Assembly (NCBI GenBank): GCA_002256025.1
Contig: NKIB01013981.1
Coordinates: forward strand, 1 to 49,132
Direction of reading: 5' to 3'
DNA length: 49,132 nt
DNA from: Asterionella formosa
Lineage: Eukaryota
Part shown: in pieces, positions 46,020 through 49,132 of the stretch
Layout of the letters: each line of letters opens with the position of its first letter
Numbering within the stretch: position 1 is the first letter of the stretch
Translations under genes and position numbers: made by a program
Notes under the pieces: model-generated
What the model saw: the letters and a program-made list of their open reading frames with translations, nothing else
Database searches by the model: none
Told to the model about the DNA's origin: nothing

Positions 46020-46928
46020 CGCTTGGTATACATGGTCAATGTGAAAGGGTTGCAAGACTTGCTACAGACGGCAAATTGTACATAGCTAACGAGTGAAAAT
46101 CTGAGAGCTAATGTAATGTTCCACAAATAGAAGATACAAGTGGCTACTTGTAAAATGAATGGATTCATTGAACAACGGGAACAAAAGATACCATAACAAC
46201 ATAACACTCCCGTAGCTATAGTATTCAAACTTGGGAGTCAACTTAGCACGATTGTTGAATGATGATATGACCACCTAGAAGTGAGTGCTGCATACCTTAG
46301 AAAGCTTGGGGGGTTGTTGTACTTTCGAAGTAGAAAAGAATAAAGTGGTGCAACATTTCATGGTCTGAATAACACATGGCAACATCGCAGCCCGGCCTCC
46401 ATAGGCAAAAAAGCATTCGAATCATTTTTTTGTTATAGCTACAAACCTTCGAGCATGCCGTGGGTTGAGGAGTCTGTGGAAAGGAGATAGCATGTCAGGC
46501 ATAGGCCAGGAAAACATACTGGCAGCAACGCAGAAACGAGTAAACACTTCGAGGTGTGTCCAAACCTAATAATACCTTTAAGGATTTCTTCTTTCGAGTA
46601 GTGGGTCTCAACAGCGCGTACTGGGATATACCTATGCTATATAAAGTGAAAGAATCATGTTGAAGCATGCACAACATTTTCAGTTCAACATAAAGACATC
46701 GCAGCTAGGTCGCCGGGCCCACTCCACGTGCAGTTTGTTTCATCCACTAAGTCATACTTCGAGTGTTTTTCCTTCTGGCAACGGATGCTCATGTGAATTC
46801 CAACGCAAGATGGGATAAAGAAATAAGATATGCTTATAGCAAGGACAACACAACATCACAGTAGAGTGTACTTAATTGATCAATTAGCGAGTATATGCAT
46901 TGAGTCATGGAACTGACAGCCGCATGTT

Positions 46929-47930
46929 CTACAGCGTATGTATCCCATCAGTCCTCTGCACCAACCACTCAACTATATCTTCTTCAATATGGGACCTTAG
47001 TCGCTCTTCTTCACAAAGCAAGCCATGTAAAGCATTGTATTCCTTTAATGTTTTGTCGACAGACGACGCTTCGTCCATGAGTTCATCGATTCCATTATTA
47101 TCTACGAAGCAGTCATCCAAAGCCATAAGTGCCAGAAATGGGGTTGAAATCTCTTTCAAATGCTGTTGAGTCCTTGAGCATAATTCAACGCATGCTAGTG
47201 CCGAAGAAATCAACAACGGTCCTCGATAGCAAAATTGATCATTTTCTGCTTCTTCTCTCCTACTGGCATCACGAAATTGATGGTCCGCGTATTTTGGAGA
47301 TGGTTTAAACAACCCCATTGTATTCGATATTCGATGAAGATTTCGTAGGATCGATCGTTTCCATTTCGGCAGGTCGAGACTGACCATTGGCGCCAGTAAT
47401 ATCAAACCAGAAATAGATTCCTTGAACTGAATACTAAGCAACAAGGCAACAGCTCCTCCCATACTAACTCCTCCGAGATACAAGGAAAGATGTTGATCCC
47501 GTTGTCTCGCAAACTCGACAATCTGTTTCGAATCTTCAAGCAATACTTCTGTCGATTCAATAAAACCACGTCGGCCTCTGCTTTGGCCATGTCCGCTATA
47601 ATCGCCGCAACAAACGCAAAAATTGTTTTGCACGAGTAGTTCAGCGAGGTATCTGACGGTTGGATACATGGCATGGCCACCCAATCCATGAAACAGAACA
47701 ACAACTCCCCGGGGTCTCGCTGAAGTAGAATCCAGAGTTGGATTCCACCAGTGGACCATACAGTCGATGCCTCTGGCGTTTCTCAACCAAAATTGACTCA
47801 ATTTTTCCTGAGGGATATGCTCCATCTTTGCCGAGTCTTCTTCTTTATCATCCAGGAGACTCTCGGTTTTCAAGGACGAAGCAACCAGAGGTTGTTGCTC
47901 GTGTCCCCTTCGGCGTTGAAAGCGTTGCAT
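46929..47930 (-). CDS. Monoacylglycerol lipase/lysophospholipase (alpha/beta hydrolase, Hydrolase_4)
   Basis: VVLFHGLGGH, DYSGHGQSRG, GVSMGG nucleophile elbow, DDCFV acid, ALHGLL catalytic His. Confidence 0.9.
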   Translation of the reverse strand: MQRFQRRRGHEQQPLVASSLKTESLLDDKEEDSAKMEHIPQEKLSQFWLRNARGIDCMVHWWNPTLDSTSARPRGVVVLFHGLGGHAMYPTVRYLAELLVQNNFCVCCGDYSGHGQSRGRRGFIESTEVLLEDSKQIVEFARQRDQHLSLYLGGVSMGGAVALLLSIQFKESISGLILLAPMVSLDLPKWKRSILRNLHRISNTMGLFKPSPKYADHQFRDASRREEAENDQFCYRGPLLISSALACVELCSRTQQHLKEISTPFLALMALDDCFVDNNGIDELMDEASSVDKTLKEYNALHGLLCEEERLRSHIEEDIVEWLVQRTDGIHTL

Positions 47931-49132
47931 TTTCTTTGCCGCCGTATGTTACGCTCAAATTTTAGTCCTCTTATTTTTTACAGTTTTCACAAAATTCCAA
48001 AGAAATGTATTGTGCGTGTATTGTTATGACATTATTGGTGACCGCCCATGTCCAGCAGACGTTCTGGCTGCATATATTTACACGTATTTGTAGAGCCAAG
48101 AAAAATATTATGTAAAGCCATCACTTGCGACACACCCGGTCGGTTACCCGGTGCATCAATATATCTAAAGTGTTTCATTTCTTAGTATATATATGTATAT
48201 CATGATATGTAGCTCTACAGGTGATGCCGGCAGTCTGCAAAAATCTTAGTACGAGGGTATTCAGTAGGTAATTAATCAAAGTTCGAACCGGCCGCTCGGG
48301 AGCAGCGATTAAGAAATGATTTACTTGATATGGGTATACGCGTATTTATTCCACTTATGTAGAGGCAATTACTTGAGTGATATTTCATTCAGGTACCCGT
48401 AGTCTTATTACCATATATGAAGTGGCAGATAAATATGAACGATGTGAAGCGTACAGACTTACAATCAATTGCATTGGCATTGATTGCCATGGTCTGATCT
48501 TGATCGAACAGTTTACAATGGTTAGAGGCAAACCCATCAGTATGGGCGCCTCGTTGTCGACAAGCAGCTGTACAGAACGATATCTTGACTGCTGATGAGT
48601 AGTGTTAATGCTCGTTTACAATTATATGAGAGAATTATGCATTTCTCATGTGCCCTTGCTCCCTGGTGCCAGGGGTGCAGTGCCATTGGGTATTCAAATG
48701 TTTGACGTACGTGTGATGGTGAGGCTGTGGTATTAAAGTATCTGATGGGTTTCCGGGTCCCCCCCCTTCATTTTTGTATTGACAATTCGATTTGTAACTT
48801 GCTGCCGGATTGGGTCCAAGCGGATGTGGTTGGGTCTCTTTTGGCAGTTGGTTGATGGCTAGTCATGCTGCGGTGTAGCGATTCTTCTATTGGCATAATA
48901 AGGGTTTTTGGGCGATGTGTTCAGTCCACAGTCAGGTATATCTGAATGATGAGGGTCTTCTCGTCTTGCTGCTGTTTGGTGCATGTTAGACAGGCTAGCG
49001 CGCTTTTGCAGACAATGCCCAATGATTATGAGACATATAATTGAAACTAGACTAATCTGTTATTGATTTGCGTCTTACTTTGGTTATTGTCAAACTGCAT
49101 TTATTCGTTTGAATATTTGCTGGTTTCCCTCA

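Noticed and set aside
48759..48775. Polypurine-tract-like run on the minus strand suggesting an LTR element at the window end
   Set aside because: Not followed by a TG LTR start, and no retroelement ORF is visible in the window

Overview
Eukaryotic nuclear DNA, most likely a diatom or related photosynthetic stramenopile. This is inferred from the gene density, short GT-AG introns and a bipartite signal+Phe plastid-targeting leader. About 17 apparently intact genes are present: SKI3-like TPR protein, SET-domain methyltransferase, PGM3/AGM1, TPT-family transporter, a small membrane protein, JMJD7-like, two ankyrin proteins, 2OG-Fe(II) oxygenase, SF3A2, a plastid-targeted DUF1415-like protein, cytochrome b5 reductase-like, PPR-like, RING-H2, a double-domain sulfotransferase, START protein and monoglyceride lipase. 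The membrane protein has a frameshifted tandem paralog. A decayed PIF/Harbinger transposon (19135-22037, TTA TSD) has its right end plus flank duplicated around a second Harbinger remnant, and a Copia gag remnant lies near 41.2 kb. Top observation: the spliceosomal protein SF3A2/Prp11 is encoded behind a divergent ubiquitin-fold leader ending LRLRGG, with Thr where the usual initiator Met would be. This suggests an Sde2-like precursor activated by deubiquitinase cleavage. Also notable are tandem GGTACC(A/T) heptamer clusters restricted to 5' intergenic regions, a small promoter MITE-like family, and a FYVE-like Cys finger in the Harbinger accessory ORF. All calls come from motif recognition by eye; no database searches were run.
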